Assembly: GCA_037447475.1 (NCBI GenBank) | Contig: JBBIGP010000008.1 | Span: 143-64,142, forward strand | From: Candidatus Aminicenantes bacterium | GTDB lineage: Bacteria > Acidobacteriota > Aminicenantia > Aminicenantales > Saccharicenantaceae | Direction: 5' to 3' | Length of the DNA stretch: 64,000 nucleotides | In this document: piece by piece, positions 55,516 through 63,944 of the stretch | How the letters are laid out: the number at the start of each line of letters is the position of its first letter | How positions within the stretch are numbered: position 1 is the first letter of the stretch | The notes under the pieces: generated by a model | Databases searched by the model: none | Seen by the model: only the letters and a program-made list of their open reading frames with translations | What the model was told of the DNA's origin: nothing | Translations under genes and position numbers: made by a program

Positions 55516-56529
55516 CTACGAGCTCATCAGGACGGCGACCGGACGGAGCGGGGGCACGCTCTGGCAGAGGATCTTCAAGAGGGCCGTGAAGGGAATGGAC
55601 AGGATCATGCCCGGGATGCCCCAGAGCCAGCCCCAGAAAAGAAGAGCGAAGATGACCACGAGCGGGCTCAGGTCGAGCCCCCGGCCCATAGCCCGCGGCT
55701 CGATGAAGCTGCCGATGAAAGAGTCCATGCTGACGGTGATGACCAGGATCCAGAACGGCGGCCAGAACGTCCCGAACTGGAAGAAGGCGAACCCGACGCG
55801 CAGGACGGCGGCGATGATCGATCCGACGTAGGGGATGAAGTTCAGGACGAACGCCAGGAACCCGAAGAGCAGGGCGAAATCGACCCCGAACAGGGTCAGG
55901 ACGATCCAGGTCTGGAGGCCCGTCCCCAGGCTGACGGCCGTCTTGATGACGAGGTACTTGCTGACCTGGGCATTGGTCGAGGCGAGGACCGCCGTGACGC
56001 GTTCGGCTTGACCTGGGCCCAGGCTCTTTCTGATCCGGGCGAGGCCCCGTCCGCGTCCCGCGACGATGACGACCAAGAAGGCGAAGACGAGGGCCAGCTT
56101 GTAGACGAAGTCGAGGAAGGGCCCCAGGCCGGAGAGGATGAGCGAGGCCGCCCGTCCGAAATCGATGTTGCCCAGGAAGGAAGAGACGTCGATATGAAAA
56201 GGCCCGACGCCTTTGTCCAAAAAGGCGGCCAGCTCGGTCAGCCGCTGTTCGTACCGGGGAAGCTCGACGGCCAGCCTCTTGCCGCTCGTATAGACCAAGG
56301 TGCCCATGAGGTAAAGGGCGACGAAGGCCAGGAGCAGGACGACGGCCGCGGCGAGGGGCCGCGGGAAACGGAGCCTCTCCAGGAGGGCGAGCGGCGGATC
56401 GAGGAGATAGGAAAAGAAGACGGCCAGCAGGAACGGAAAGAGGACAGGCTTGGCCGCTTTGAGGAAGACGGCGGCGGCGAAGAGGACGATGATCGCGACC
56501 GCGGCCCTGAGCGACCTGTCTTCGTCCAC
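55516..56529 (-). CDS. AI-2E family transporter (PerM/UPF0118)
   Basis: 337 aa and about 8 TM helices. It has the characteristic C-terminal FIPYVGSIIAAV...PRAMGRGLDLSPLVVIFALLFWGWLWGIPGMILSIP. Confidence 0.8.
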   Translation of the reverse strand: MDEDRSLRAAVAIIVLFAAAVFLKAAKPVLFPFLLAVFFSYLLDPPLALLERLRFPRPLAAAVVLLLAFVALYLMGTLVYTSGKRLAVELPRYEQRLTELAAFLDKGVGPFHIDVSSFLGNIDFGRAASLILSGLGPFLDFVYKLALVFAFLVVIVAGRGRGLARIRKSLGPGQAERVTAVLASTNAQVSKYLVIKTAVSLGTGLQTWIVLTLFGVDFALLFGFLAFVLNFIPYVGSIIAAVLRVGFAFFQFGTFWPPFWILVITVSMDSFIGSFIEPRAMGRGLDLSPLVVIFALLFWGWLWGIPGMILSIPFTALLKILCQSVPPLRPVAVLMSS

Positions 56530-56582
56530 GGGACCATCCTCCCTTCCCGGGCCGGGGGACGGGAACCGGCCCGGTCCGCGGG

Positions 56583-57521
56583 TCAGGCTTTCGGGGCCCC
56601 CCGGGCCGCGAGGGACGCCGCGATCCGGCCGAAGAGCGTTTCGCCTGCCTTTTCCAGCCCTGCGGGGACCCTGGCGACGCCGAACAGGGCGCTCCCCGCG
56701 CGCCCGACGAAAAAGTGCTGCCCGTAGCGGTTCTTCACATGATATCCGAGAGCGACCTTCTCGGGGACCTGCTTGTCCTTGGCGAAGAACTCCAGGAGTC
56801 GGCCGAGCATGGCTTCGGCGTCCCCGGCGGACGGGGCCTCGACGAAGAAGCCCTCCATTTCCCGGCCCTCGATCTTGTAGGAGGCCGTGTAGCCGTCGCT
56901 GAGGAACTCGTGGCCCATGAAGTTCCTCTTGATGTACTTCTCGCTGCGGGGGATCAAGTTCTCCGCGGGGAAAGCCCGGAGGAGGCCCGGCAGGCGGCCC
57001 CTCTCTCGGACCGCGCCCTCCACATGCCGCCCGATATCGGCCAGCAGGGAGGGGGATTCCTCCCCCAGATCGAAGCCGAGGAGCTTGACGTAGAACCGTC
57101 CGGCGACGAAGTTCAGGGTCTCATCCTCGAGATAGCCGAGATCGCCGACCTGGGCGGGCTCGTTCTCCGGATAGCGCTCGGCGCTGAAGATGCCGAAGGC
57201 GTTGGCCGGGGTCCCCATGTCGTAGATCTCCAGCGTCAGCGAAGCCCCGCTCCCCTCCCTCCCGAATTGGACGACGAGAAGCTCGTTGAAGTCGAAGCTC
57301 AGATAGCTCTCCGCGGCGCCGTTGATGTATTCGAAGAGGCTGTCGGGAAGATAGGCCTGACGCTCCTCCGACTCCTTCCAGCCCTCGGCCTTGGGGACGA
57401 GCGACGAGAGCTCCTGCCGGACATCGTCCGCCCGGCCCGGACCCGCGGCCGAAGCCGTGAGGATCATCAGGCTCAGGAGAGCCGCGCGGAGCCTGTATCT
57501 CGGATATGAAAAGGTATTCAT
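56583..57521 (-). CDS. hypothetical secreted protein
   Basis: I prefer ATG 57521 (MNTFSYPRYRLRAALLSLMILTASAAG), which lies 6 nt after GGAGG. I have no confidently recognised family; it may belong to a DUF family common in uncultured lineages. Confidence 0.6.
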   Translation of the reverse strand: MNTFSYPRYRLRAALLSLMILTASAAGPGRADDVRQELSSLVPKAEGWKESEERQAYLPDSLFEYINGAAESYLSFDFNELLVVQFGREGSGASLTLEIYDMGTPANAFGIFSAERYPENEPAQVGDLGYLEDETLNFVAGRFYVKLLGFDLGEESPSLLADIGRHVEGAVRERGRLPGLLRAFPAENLIPRSEKYIKRNFMGHEFLSDGYTASYKIEGREMEGFFVEAPSAGDAEAMLGRLLEFFAKDKQVPEKVALGYHVKNRYGQHFFVGRAGSALFGVARVPAGLEKAGETLFGRIAASLAARGAPKA

Positions 57522-57589
57522 CCTCGACCTCCGGAACATATGTCCTTTCTACTATATCGGACCGGCGGGCCCTTGGCAAGCCGGGCCGG

Positions 57590-57618
57590 TTGACAGCCCT
57601 CCCCAAAACGTCCATCAT
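57590..57618 (+). promoter_or_regulatory. candidate sigma70 promoter for the DUF362/radical SAM/SpeE-like operon
   Basis: TTGACA (57590-57595), 17-nt spacer, CATCAT (57613-57618). ATG 57628 follows after 9 nt. Confidence 0.5.
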
Positions 57619-57627
57619 GGGAGCGGA

Positions 57628-58524
57628 ATGGCCACCTCGAGGGTCGTCGTCGTCAGGGCCGCCGGCGCGCGGGCCACCTCGGGCGCGCTCGAGCGGCCCG
57701 TCATCTCCAGGATGTTCCGGCGGGGCTTGGCCCTTATTTCCGGCGAGAGCGACGAGGCTCGGGCCGTGAGGTTCTTTTTCCGCCTCGGGGACCGGATCGG
57801 CATCAAGGTCAACACGATCGGCGGCAAGGCCCTCAGCACCGGTCCCGACGTGGCCTTGCCCCTGGTCGAATGCCTGGCCCGCGGCGGGATGCCGGCGGAG
57901 GATATGATCATCTGGGACCGGACGAACCGGGAGATCCGGGATGCCGGATACACCCTCTCGCCACGGCGCGGCCCCCGCGTTTTCGGCACGGACACCGACG
58001 GCGTCGGCTACGGCCCGGACCTCGTCTCTCACCTCAACGTCGGGAGCTTGTTCTCGCGCATCCAGACGGACCTCGTCAGCGCGTCCGTCAGCCTGGCCGT
58101 CCTCAAGGACCACGGGCTGGCCGGGATCACGGCCGGGATGAAGAACTACTTCGGCGCCGTCCATAATCCCAACAAGTACCACGACTCCCGCTGCGATCCG
58201 TTCGTGGCCGAGGTCTTCGACGCGGCTCCCGTCAAGAGCAAGCACCGGATCACGATCCTCGACGCGCTCGTCGTCCAGTGCCATCGGGGGCCGTCCTACC
58301 ACGCCCGGTGGGCCGAGCCGTTCCGGGGCCTGGTCTTCAGCACGGATCCCGTGGCCGCCGACAGCGTGGGACGCGCGATCGTCGACCGGATCCGGGCCGC
58401 TAAGGGCCTGCCGTCGCTCGAGGAAGAGGGCCGCGAGCCTCTCTACCTGGCCACGGCGCAGAGGATGGGGCTGGGCCGGGCCGACCCGGCCGGGATCGAG
58501 ACCATCGAGGAGACCGTCCGGTGA
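57628..58524 (+). CDS. DUF362 domain protein
   Basis: MATSRVVVVRA...GDRIGIKVNTIGG...FGAVHNPNKYH... has the layout typical of DUF362. The start is chosen inside the longer track ORF. Confidence 0.7.
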   Translation: MATSRVVVVRAAGARATSGALERPVISRMFRRGLALISGESDEARAVRFFFRLGDRIGIKVNTIGGKALSTGPDVALPLVECLARGGMPAEDMIIWDRTNREIRDAGYTLSPRRGPRVFGTDTDGVGYGPDLVSHLNVGSLFSRIQTDLVSASVSLAVLKDHGLAGITAGMKNYFGAVHNPNKYHDSRCDPFVAEVFDAAPVKSKHRITILDALVVQCHRGPSYHARWAEPFRGLVFSTDPVAADSVGRAIVDRIRAAKGLPSLEEEGREPLYLATAQRMGLGRADPAGIETIEETVR

Positions 58525-59642
58525 ACCGCCGCCGGTTCCTCCACGACGCGGCCGCCGCCGCTCTCCTCCTCGGGCCCGGCCTGCCCGCCTTGCGCGCTGC
58601 GCTCGCCGGCAAGGGTGGGGCGTCCGGAAGGTCCCCCGTCGAGGCGCGCTACTACCGGAAGCTCCCGGACCGGGAGATCGAGTGCCTCCTCTGCCCCCGT
58701 CTCTGCCGGCTCGGCGACAAGGAGCGGGGCTATTGCGGGGTCCGCGAGAACGTCGGCGGGACCTACTATACGCTCGTCTACGGAGGGGTCTGTAGCTTCA
58801 ACGTCGACCCGATCGAGAAGAAACCGTTCTTCCACTTCCTTCCGGGGACGGCGGCCCTGTCCATGGCGACGGCCGGCTGCAACGTCAACTGCCGGTTCTG
58901 CCAGAACTGGGAGATCTCCCAGGTCCGCCCCGAACAGATCGCCCACATCGAGATGTCTCCCGAGGCCGCGGCCCGGGAGGCCGCCGCGGCCCGGTGTCCG
59001 TCGATCGCGTACACGTACAGCGAACCCACGGTCTTCATCGAGTACATGATGGACACGGCCGAGGAAGCCCGGAAGAGGAAGATCCGGAACGTCGTCGTGA
59101 CCGGAGGCCACATCAGCCGCCGGCCGCTCGAGGACCTCCTCGAGGTGGTCGACGCCGTCAAGGTCGACCTCAAAGGCTTCACCCAGGATTTCTACGCGAG
59201 GTACGTGCGGGGAGAGCTTGACCCCGTCCTGGACGCCATCCGGGCCGTCGGCCGCAGCCGGATCTGGCTGGAGATCGTCTACCTCGTCATCCCGACCCTC
59301 AACGACGACCCCGGCCTCATCCGAAAGATGGCCCGTTGGGTCAAGAACGAGGTCGGCGCCCGCGTCCCCGTCCATTTCTCGCGCTTCCATCCGATGTACC
59401 TGCTCAAGAACCTGCCGCCGACGCCGGTCTCGACCCTCGAGCGGTCCCGCGAAACGGCGCTGGCCGAGGGATTGAAGTTCGTCTACGTAGGGAACGTGCC
59501 CGGGCATCCCTCCGAGAACACGATCTGCCCGGGATGCGGAACCGCGGTCATCGAACGGTCCGGGTTCACCCTCCGGGGCCTCCATCTCGATAATGGGCGG
59601 TGTGCGACGTGCGGCGAGACGATCGACGGGATCTGGGCTTGA
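58521..59642 (+). CDS. radical SAM enzyme of the AmmeMemoRadiSam/PflA-like type, with a twin-arginine-type N-terminal leader
   Basis: GTG start overlapping the upstream stop (GTGA). Leader MNRRRFLHDAAAAALLLGPGLPALRAALA. N-terminal Cys cluster CLLCPRLCRLGDKERGYCGVR, then DPIEKKPFFHFLPG. Radical SAM motif CNVNCRFCQNW. C-terminal CPGCG...CATCG ribbon. Confidence 0.85.
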   Translation: MNRRRFLHDAAAAALLLGPGLPALRAALAGKGGASGRSPVEARYYRKLPDREIECLLCPRLCRLGDKERGYCGVRENVGGTYYTLVYGGVCSFNVDPIEKKPFFHFLPGTAALSMATAGCNVNCRFCQNWEISQVRPEQIAHIEMSPEAAAREAAAARCPSIAYTYSEPTVFIEYMMDTAEEARKRKIRNVVVTGGHISRRPLEDLLEVVDAVKVDLKGFTQDFYARYVRGELDPVLDAIRAVGRSRIWLEIVYLVIPTLNDDPGLIRKMARWVKNEVGARVPVHFSRFHPMYLLKNLPPTPVSTLERSRETALAEGLKFVYVGNVPGHPSENTICPGCGTAVIERSGFTLRGLHLDNGRCATCGETIDGIWA

Positions 59643-61795
59643 GGTCCGGGCTGCCGCCCTTCCTTCTCGGCTTTCTGTCCGCCTCCTTCCAGCTCTACCT
59701 GCTCAGGGAGTTCTCGGCCCGCTTCTACGGCAACGAGCTGACCTTCGGCCTCTTCCTCGGGGCCTGGCTCCTTTGGGGAGGCCTCGGGAGCCTGGCCAGG
59801 CCCGGCGCCCGCGTCCCGTCGCGTGGCCCGGCCCGGGTCTACGCCCTGACCATCCTGCTGTTCTTCGCGGCCCTCATCGCTCTGCGGTTCTCACATCGGG
59901 CCCTGGGCGCCCTCCCGGGAGAGATGACAGGCCTGGCCCCGGCGCTTGCCTTCGCGGTCGGCTTGGCGATGCTCGTCAGCTTCCCGCTGGGCCGGTCCTT
60001 CGTCCTCAATTCGGCCCTCCTCGGCGGGGACGTTCCCCGCGTCTATTTCCTTGAGTCCGTCGGCGCCGTCGCGGCCGGTCTCCTGATCCACTTCCTGCTC
60101 GTCCCTCAGGCCTCGAATTGGGCGGGCGGGGCCATGGTCGCGGCGGCCGCCTCTCTGTTCATCTTCGCCGGAATGGAGCCATCGAAGAAAAGACGGTGGG
60201 TCGTCCTTTGTACGCTCCTCGCGGCCGCCGCGGCCGTCGCCTGGCTCGATATGCCGGCCCAGCGCGCCGCATGGAAACCTCTGCGGCTCGTCGAGGCCGT
60301 GGACACGCGCCACGCCAAGCTCCAGGTCCTGCGCACCGCCGAGCAGGTCTCGCTCTTGGCCAACGGACTGCCCATCCTGACCTCCCCCGATCCGGCCGGC
60401 GCGGAGGAAGGCGTCCATTTCGCCCTCCTCCAGAGGTCCGGGCCCCGGCGCGTCCTGCTCATCGGCGGGGGGGCGTGCGGCGGAGCGGCCGAAGTCCTGA
60501 AGCACGTCGATGTCCGCTTGGATTACGTCGAGCTCGATCCCCGGGTCATCCGCTTGGCCGAAGGCCACCTCGACCCCCGGGAGCTCGAGCCGCTCCGTAG
60601 CCCCCGGACCCGGATCATCTTCGAGGACGGGCGCGCCTACCTCAGGAGGACCCGCGACGCGTACGACGCCGTCCTCCTCGACCTCCCGGAGCCGGCGACG
60701 GCCCAGATCAATCGCTTCTATACGCGGGAGTTCTTCGCCGAAGTCAGGGACAGGCTCCGGCCGGGCGGCGTCCTCAGCTTCCGCGTCCCGTCCGCGGAGA
60801 ACTACATCGGGCCCGACCTGGCCCGCTTCCTCGCCGGACTCTCCGCCACGCTCAGGGCCGTCTTCCTCGAGGTCGCGGCCGTCCCGGGAGCGAACTGCGT
60901 CTTCCTGGCCTCGGACCGGCCCCTATCCATTGATCCGGATGAGCTGGCGGAGGCCGCCGTCGAGGCCCGCATCGAAAGCCGGTTCTTCACCCGCGAGATG
61001 CTCGCCGCCCGGCTCCATCCGATCCGCATCGCGACCCTGGACCGGAGCATCGGCGAGGCGCCGGCCCGCATCAACCGGGACCTCGTCCCCGTGAGCTATT
61101 ATTTCCACTCCATCCTCTGGGCGGCCCAGTTCCGGGGGCTCGAAGCGGACTTCCTGAGATTCTTCGCCCGGATCCCCGCCGCGTGGGTCCTGGACGCGCC
61201 CCTCATCGCCCTTGCCTTGGCCCTGATCCTCCTCCGGGCGTTCGGCAGAACCTCGCGATACCGGGTCCTCGTCCCCGTGGCCGGGATGGGATTCACCACG
61301 ATCCTCGCCGAAATGGCCCTGCTCATCGCCTTCCAGGCCTTTTTCGGCTACGTTTACGGGAAGATCGCTCTCCTGCTGACATCGTTCATGGCCGGCCTGG
61401 TCGCCGGGGCCTGGATGGGCCGCAAGAGGGCGAGCGCCTCCTTCTCCGATCTCATCGGGGTCCAGGGCGGGTTCGTCGTCCTGCTGGCCGTTACGCGCGC
61501 CGTCCTCGTCCGGACGGTCCCCGAGGTCCTCCCCTATCTGCTCCTGCTGGCCTTCGGGGCCCTCGGCGGGTTCCTGTTCGTCGCCGCCAGCAGGATCCTC
61601 CGCGGGAACACGGCCCACCTCGGCCTGGGTTACGGGTTCGACCTCATCGGATCCTTCCTGGGCATCCTCGCGGCCGCCACCCTGGTCATCCCTCTCTGGG
61701 GGATCCCGGCCTTGCTGTCGAGACTGACGGTCCTCAACAGCCTGCTCTTCATCTTTCTCGCGACGACCTCACGGCACCCGTCCCAGAAAGCCTGA
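59600..61795 (+). CDS. polytopic membrane protein with a central spermidine-synthase-like (SAM/dcSAM-dependent transferase) domain
   Basis: Hydrophobic helices lie on both sides of RVLLIGGGACGGAAEVLKH...YVELDPRVI...YDAVLLDLPEPATAQINRFYTREFF...LRPGGVLSF. The start is uncertain: GTG 59600, GTG 59609 and TTG 59639 are all in frame, and all overlap or abut the upstream gene. Confidence 0.8.
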   Translation: MCDVRRDDRRDLGLRSGLPPFLLGFLSASFQLYLLREFSARFYGNELTFGLFLGAWLLWGGLGSLARPGARVPSRGPARVYALTILLFFAALIALRFSHRALGALPGEMTGLAPALAFAVGLAMLVSFPLGRSFVLNSALLGGDVPRVYFLESVGAVAAGLLIHFLLVPQASNWAGGAMVAAAASLFIFAGMEPSKKRRWVVLCTLLAAAAAVAWLDMPAQRAAWKPLRLVEAVDTRHAKLQVLRTAEQVSLLANGLPILTSPDPAGAEEGVHFALLQRSGPRRVLLIGGGACGGAAEVLKHVDVRLDYVELDPRVIRLAEGHLDPRELEPLRSPRTRIIFEDGRAYLRRTRDAYDAVLLDLPEPATAQINRFYTREFFAEVRDRLRPGGVLSFRVPSAENYIGPDLARFLAGLSATLRAVFLEVAAVPGANCVFLASDRPLSIDPDELAEAAVEARIESRFFTREMLAARLHPIRIATLDRSIGEAPARINRDLVPVSYYFHSILWAAQFRGLEADFLRFFARIPAAWVLDAPLIALALALILLRAFGRTSRYRVLVPVAGMGFTTILAEMALLIAFQAFFGYVYGKIALLLTSFMAGLVAGAWMGRKRASASFSDLIGVQGGFVVLLAVTRAVLVRTVPEVLPYLLLLAFGALGGFLFVAASRILRGNTAHLGLGYGFDLIGSFLGILAAATLVIPLWGIPALLSRLTVLNSLLFIFLATTSRHPSQKA

Positions 61796-61807
61796 CCGGC
61801 GGAACTT

Positions 61808-61835
61808 TTGGGGACCGCGCGGAATTATATATAAT
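61808..61835 (+). promoter_or_regulatory. candidate sigma70 promoter for the TonB-C-domain gene
   Basis: TTGGGG (61808-61813), 16-nt spacer, TATAAT (61830-61835), in an AT-rich patch. Confidence 0.45.
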
Positions 61836-61856
61836 AGACTTTCGGGCCTCTCACGC

Positions 61857-62804
61857 ATGTTCGAAGATTGCTGCTTCCGACCGGAGAGAACCGGCCGCCC
61901 GGCCGTCGAAAAGATCGCCGGGATCGCCGTGACCCTGATCTTTCACGCGGTCCTTCTCTACGGCGTCATTCATGCCCGGTTCTCGGTCAAGCTCATGCCC
62001 TTCGACAAGGATGACGTCCGGGCCGTCTTGATCGTCCCCCCGCTCCGGGTCTCAATCCCCAGGATCGTCGGAGGCACGCCCGCTGCCGGGCTCCCCGAGG
62101 GCTTGACGGACGAGGTTTTATCGGGGACGCCCGGGGGCGCCGGGACGCCGGCCACCCCGACCGCAACGCAGGCAGTTCCGCCGCCCGCCGCCGCCCCCGG
62201 CGCCGGGCCGCCAGATGCGGCCGGCCGAGCAGTCATCGCCTCGCTCTCGTCGCGGTTCCGGGAATCCCTCGTCTCGCACCCCGGAGCGGGAGGCGATCCC
62301 AAGCTCAGGATCACCCTCGCTCCCCCCGGGACGCCGGCCGGGCCCCCGGGCGGACCGGTCGGCTCCGGGACCGGCCCGTATCCCGACTTTTCGACGTATA
62401 TCTCCGGTCCCTGGGAGGGAGGACGGGGCGGGGCCGGCGCGGGAGGCGGCCGGGGGGGCCGCGGACGCAGCGGTACGGCCCGCCAAATGGTCGGTATGTC
62501 AATCCCGCTCAAGGGCTATGATCTGGCCCCCTGGGCGGGCCAGGTCGTCGACAGGATCCAGCGGTTCTGGGTCCTGCCGACCGTGTCGGCCCTGCCCGGA
62601 AGGGCCTCCATCCGGTTCATCGTCATCATCAACAAAGACGGGGAGCTCGACTCCATCGAGATCATGGACGGGACCTCCGTGGAATCCCTGGACCGGTCGG
62701 CTCTCGAGGCCCTCCGGGCGAGCCTCCCCTTCCCCTCGCTCCCCGAGGATTTCCCGGGCGAACTCCTGGAGATCCATTTCGAGTTCACCTACGATCTCAA
62801 ATGA
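61857..62804 (+). CDS. TonB C-terminal domain protein (energy-transducer-like)
   Basis: N-terminal anchor IAGIAVTLIFHAVLLYGVI, a Pro/Gly/Ala-rich spacer, and a C-terminal fold: WAGQVVDRIQRFWVLP...ASIRFIVIINKDGELDSIEIMDGTSVESLDRSALEALRAS.PFPSLP. Confidence 0.65.
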   Translation: MFEDCCFRPERTGRPAVEKIAGIAVTLIFHAVLLYGVIHARFSVKLMPFDKDDVRAVLIVPPLRVSIPRIVGGTPAAGLPEGLTDEVLSGTPGGAGTPATPTATQAVPPPAAAPGAGPPDAAGRAVIASLSSRFRESLVSHPGAGGDPKLRITLAPPGTPAGPPGGPVGSGTGPYPDFSTYISGPWEGGRGGAGAGGGRGGRGRSGTARQMVGMSIPLKGYDLAPWAGQVVDRIQRFWVLPTVSALPGRASIRFIVIINKDGELDSIEIMDGTSVESLDRSALEALRASLPFPSLPEDFPGELLEIHFEFTYDLK

Positions 62805-63877
62805 TCCGAAGGCCAGCCGTCGCCGCCGTCTTGCTCCTGACCGCCGCGGCCGTCCTCCGGGCCGACTGGAAGGCCGACCTGCTCTCATACTTCGGGCCGC
62901 CGGCCGACTATCACGGGGCCCGGGAGTTCCTGGGCGCCCGGTACGAGTCCCTGGAACCCGAGGACCGCCAGACCGCCGGAGCGCTCCTCCCCTATCTCTC
63001 GCGGAAGACCGGCGACCGGGCCGAGGAGGAAGCCCTGGCCGCGGCCTATTTCGAGACCTACCGGGACAACGATCCGGACCTCAGCTTCCTCGACGACCTC
63101 ACCCGGCGCGACTTCCTGGCCTTCTGGTACGGCTGGAAATCCCGCTACCCGCTCGTTCACGACCTCGCTCTTCTCCACTACGGCCGGTCCCCGACAACGG
63201 GCCTGCCGGCCGCCGTCGAAGTCGGGCTCGAGCTGATGAACGATGCGTTCTACCGGCTTTCGCTCGGTCCCTTCATCCTGGACGGCGGGCATTGGCGGCG
63301 CGGCTTCCACATCCTGACCATCCCGGTCCGCGAGCTCTTCGACAACAGCGAGACGTACGAGTTCTTCCTCGACCTCAAGGCCGGAGACCTCATCGTCCGC
63401 AAGCCGATACGGATCGGGATCGACATCGCTCAGATATCGGTCGCCGCGACCGCCCCCGCGCCGCAGCCGGCCCCCCTGCCCCTGCCCGGGACCCCGACGA
63501 TATCCCCTCTGGAGGGCGAGCTCTCGCTCTACGTCGACGGCCGGCTGATCCTGAAAAGCCGCAAGATTGCCGCCAAACCGCCCCCGATGTCCTTCCCCCT
63601 CCCCGGCCCGTCCATGCCCGGGCAAAAACCCTATATGCCCCCCCCGAAGAACGATCCGATGGCCAGCGGCGTTTCCATCATCGACGCCCTCGCCCTGGCT
63701 TACAAAGCGATCAAGGACCTCGCGGCCCGCAAGCCGCCCAAGCCTTCGCCCCCCGCCTACAGCAAGGTCGACAGCCTGGGGTTCTCCTTCATACGGACCA
63801 CGGCGGAGAGCCTGCCGGCTTCGGCCCGGGCCACCGTGACCCTCCTTCGCTCCCAGGGCCGGGTCCTGCGGGAGTGA
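62801..63877 (+). CDS. hypothetical secreted protein with a Pro-rich segment
   Basis: The start overlaps the upstream stop (ATGA). Signal peptide MIRRPAVAAVLLLTAAAVLRA. I do not recognise a family. Confidence 0.55.
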   Translation: MIRRPAVAAVLLLTAAAVLRADWKADLLSYFGPPADYHGAREFLGARYESLEPEDRQTAGALLPYLSRKTGDRAEEEALAAAYFETYRDNDPDLSFLDDLTRRDFLAFWYGWKSRYPLVHDLALLHYGRSPTTGLPAAVEVGLELMNDAFYRLSLGPFILDGGHWRRGFHILTIPVRELFDNSETYEFFLDLKAGDLIVRKPIRIGIDIAQISVAATAPAPQPAPLPLPGTPTISPLEGELSLYVDGRLILKSRKIAAKPPPMSFPLPGPSMPGQKPYMPPPKNDPMASGVSIIDALALAYKAIKDLAARKPPKPSPPAYSKVDSLGFSFIRTTAESLPASARATVTLLRSQGRVLRE

Positions 63878-63916
63878 CGAGGCGCCCCCCGGCCCCCTGG
63901 GCGGACCTAGCCTGAT

Positions 63917-63944
63917 CTATTCACGAGTCGAGGCGGCTGCAGAT
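63917..63944 (+). repeat. 28-nt conserved non-coding motif, copy B (CTATTCACGAGTCGAGGCGGCTGCAGAT)
   Basis: 24 of 28 positions are identical to 29337-29364. It is followed by two short perfect hairpins (GTACT-cct-AGTAC at 63967-63979; GCGAA-ccc-TTCGC at 63981-63993) before the window ends. Confidence 0.6.
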
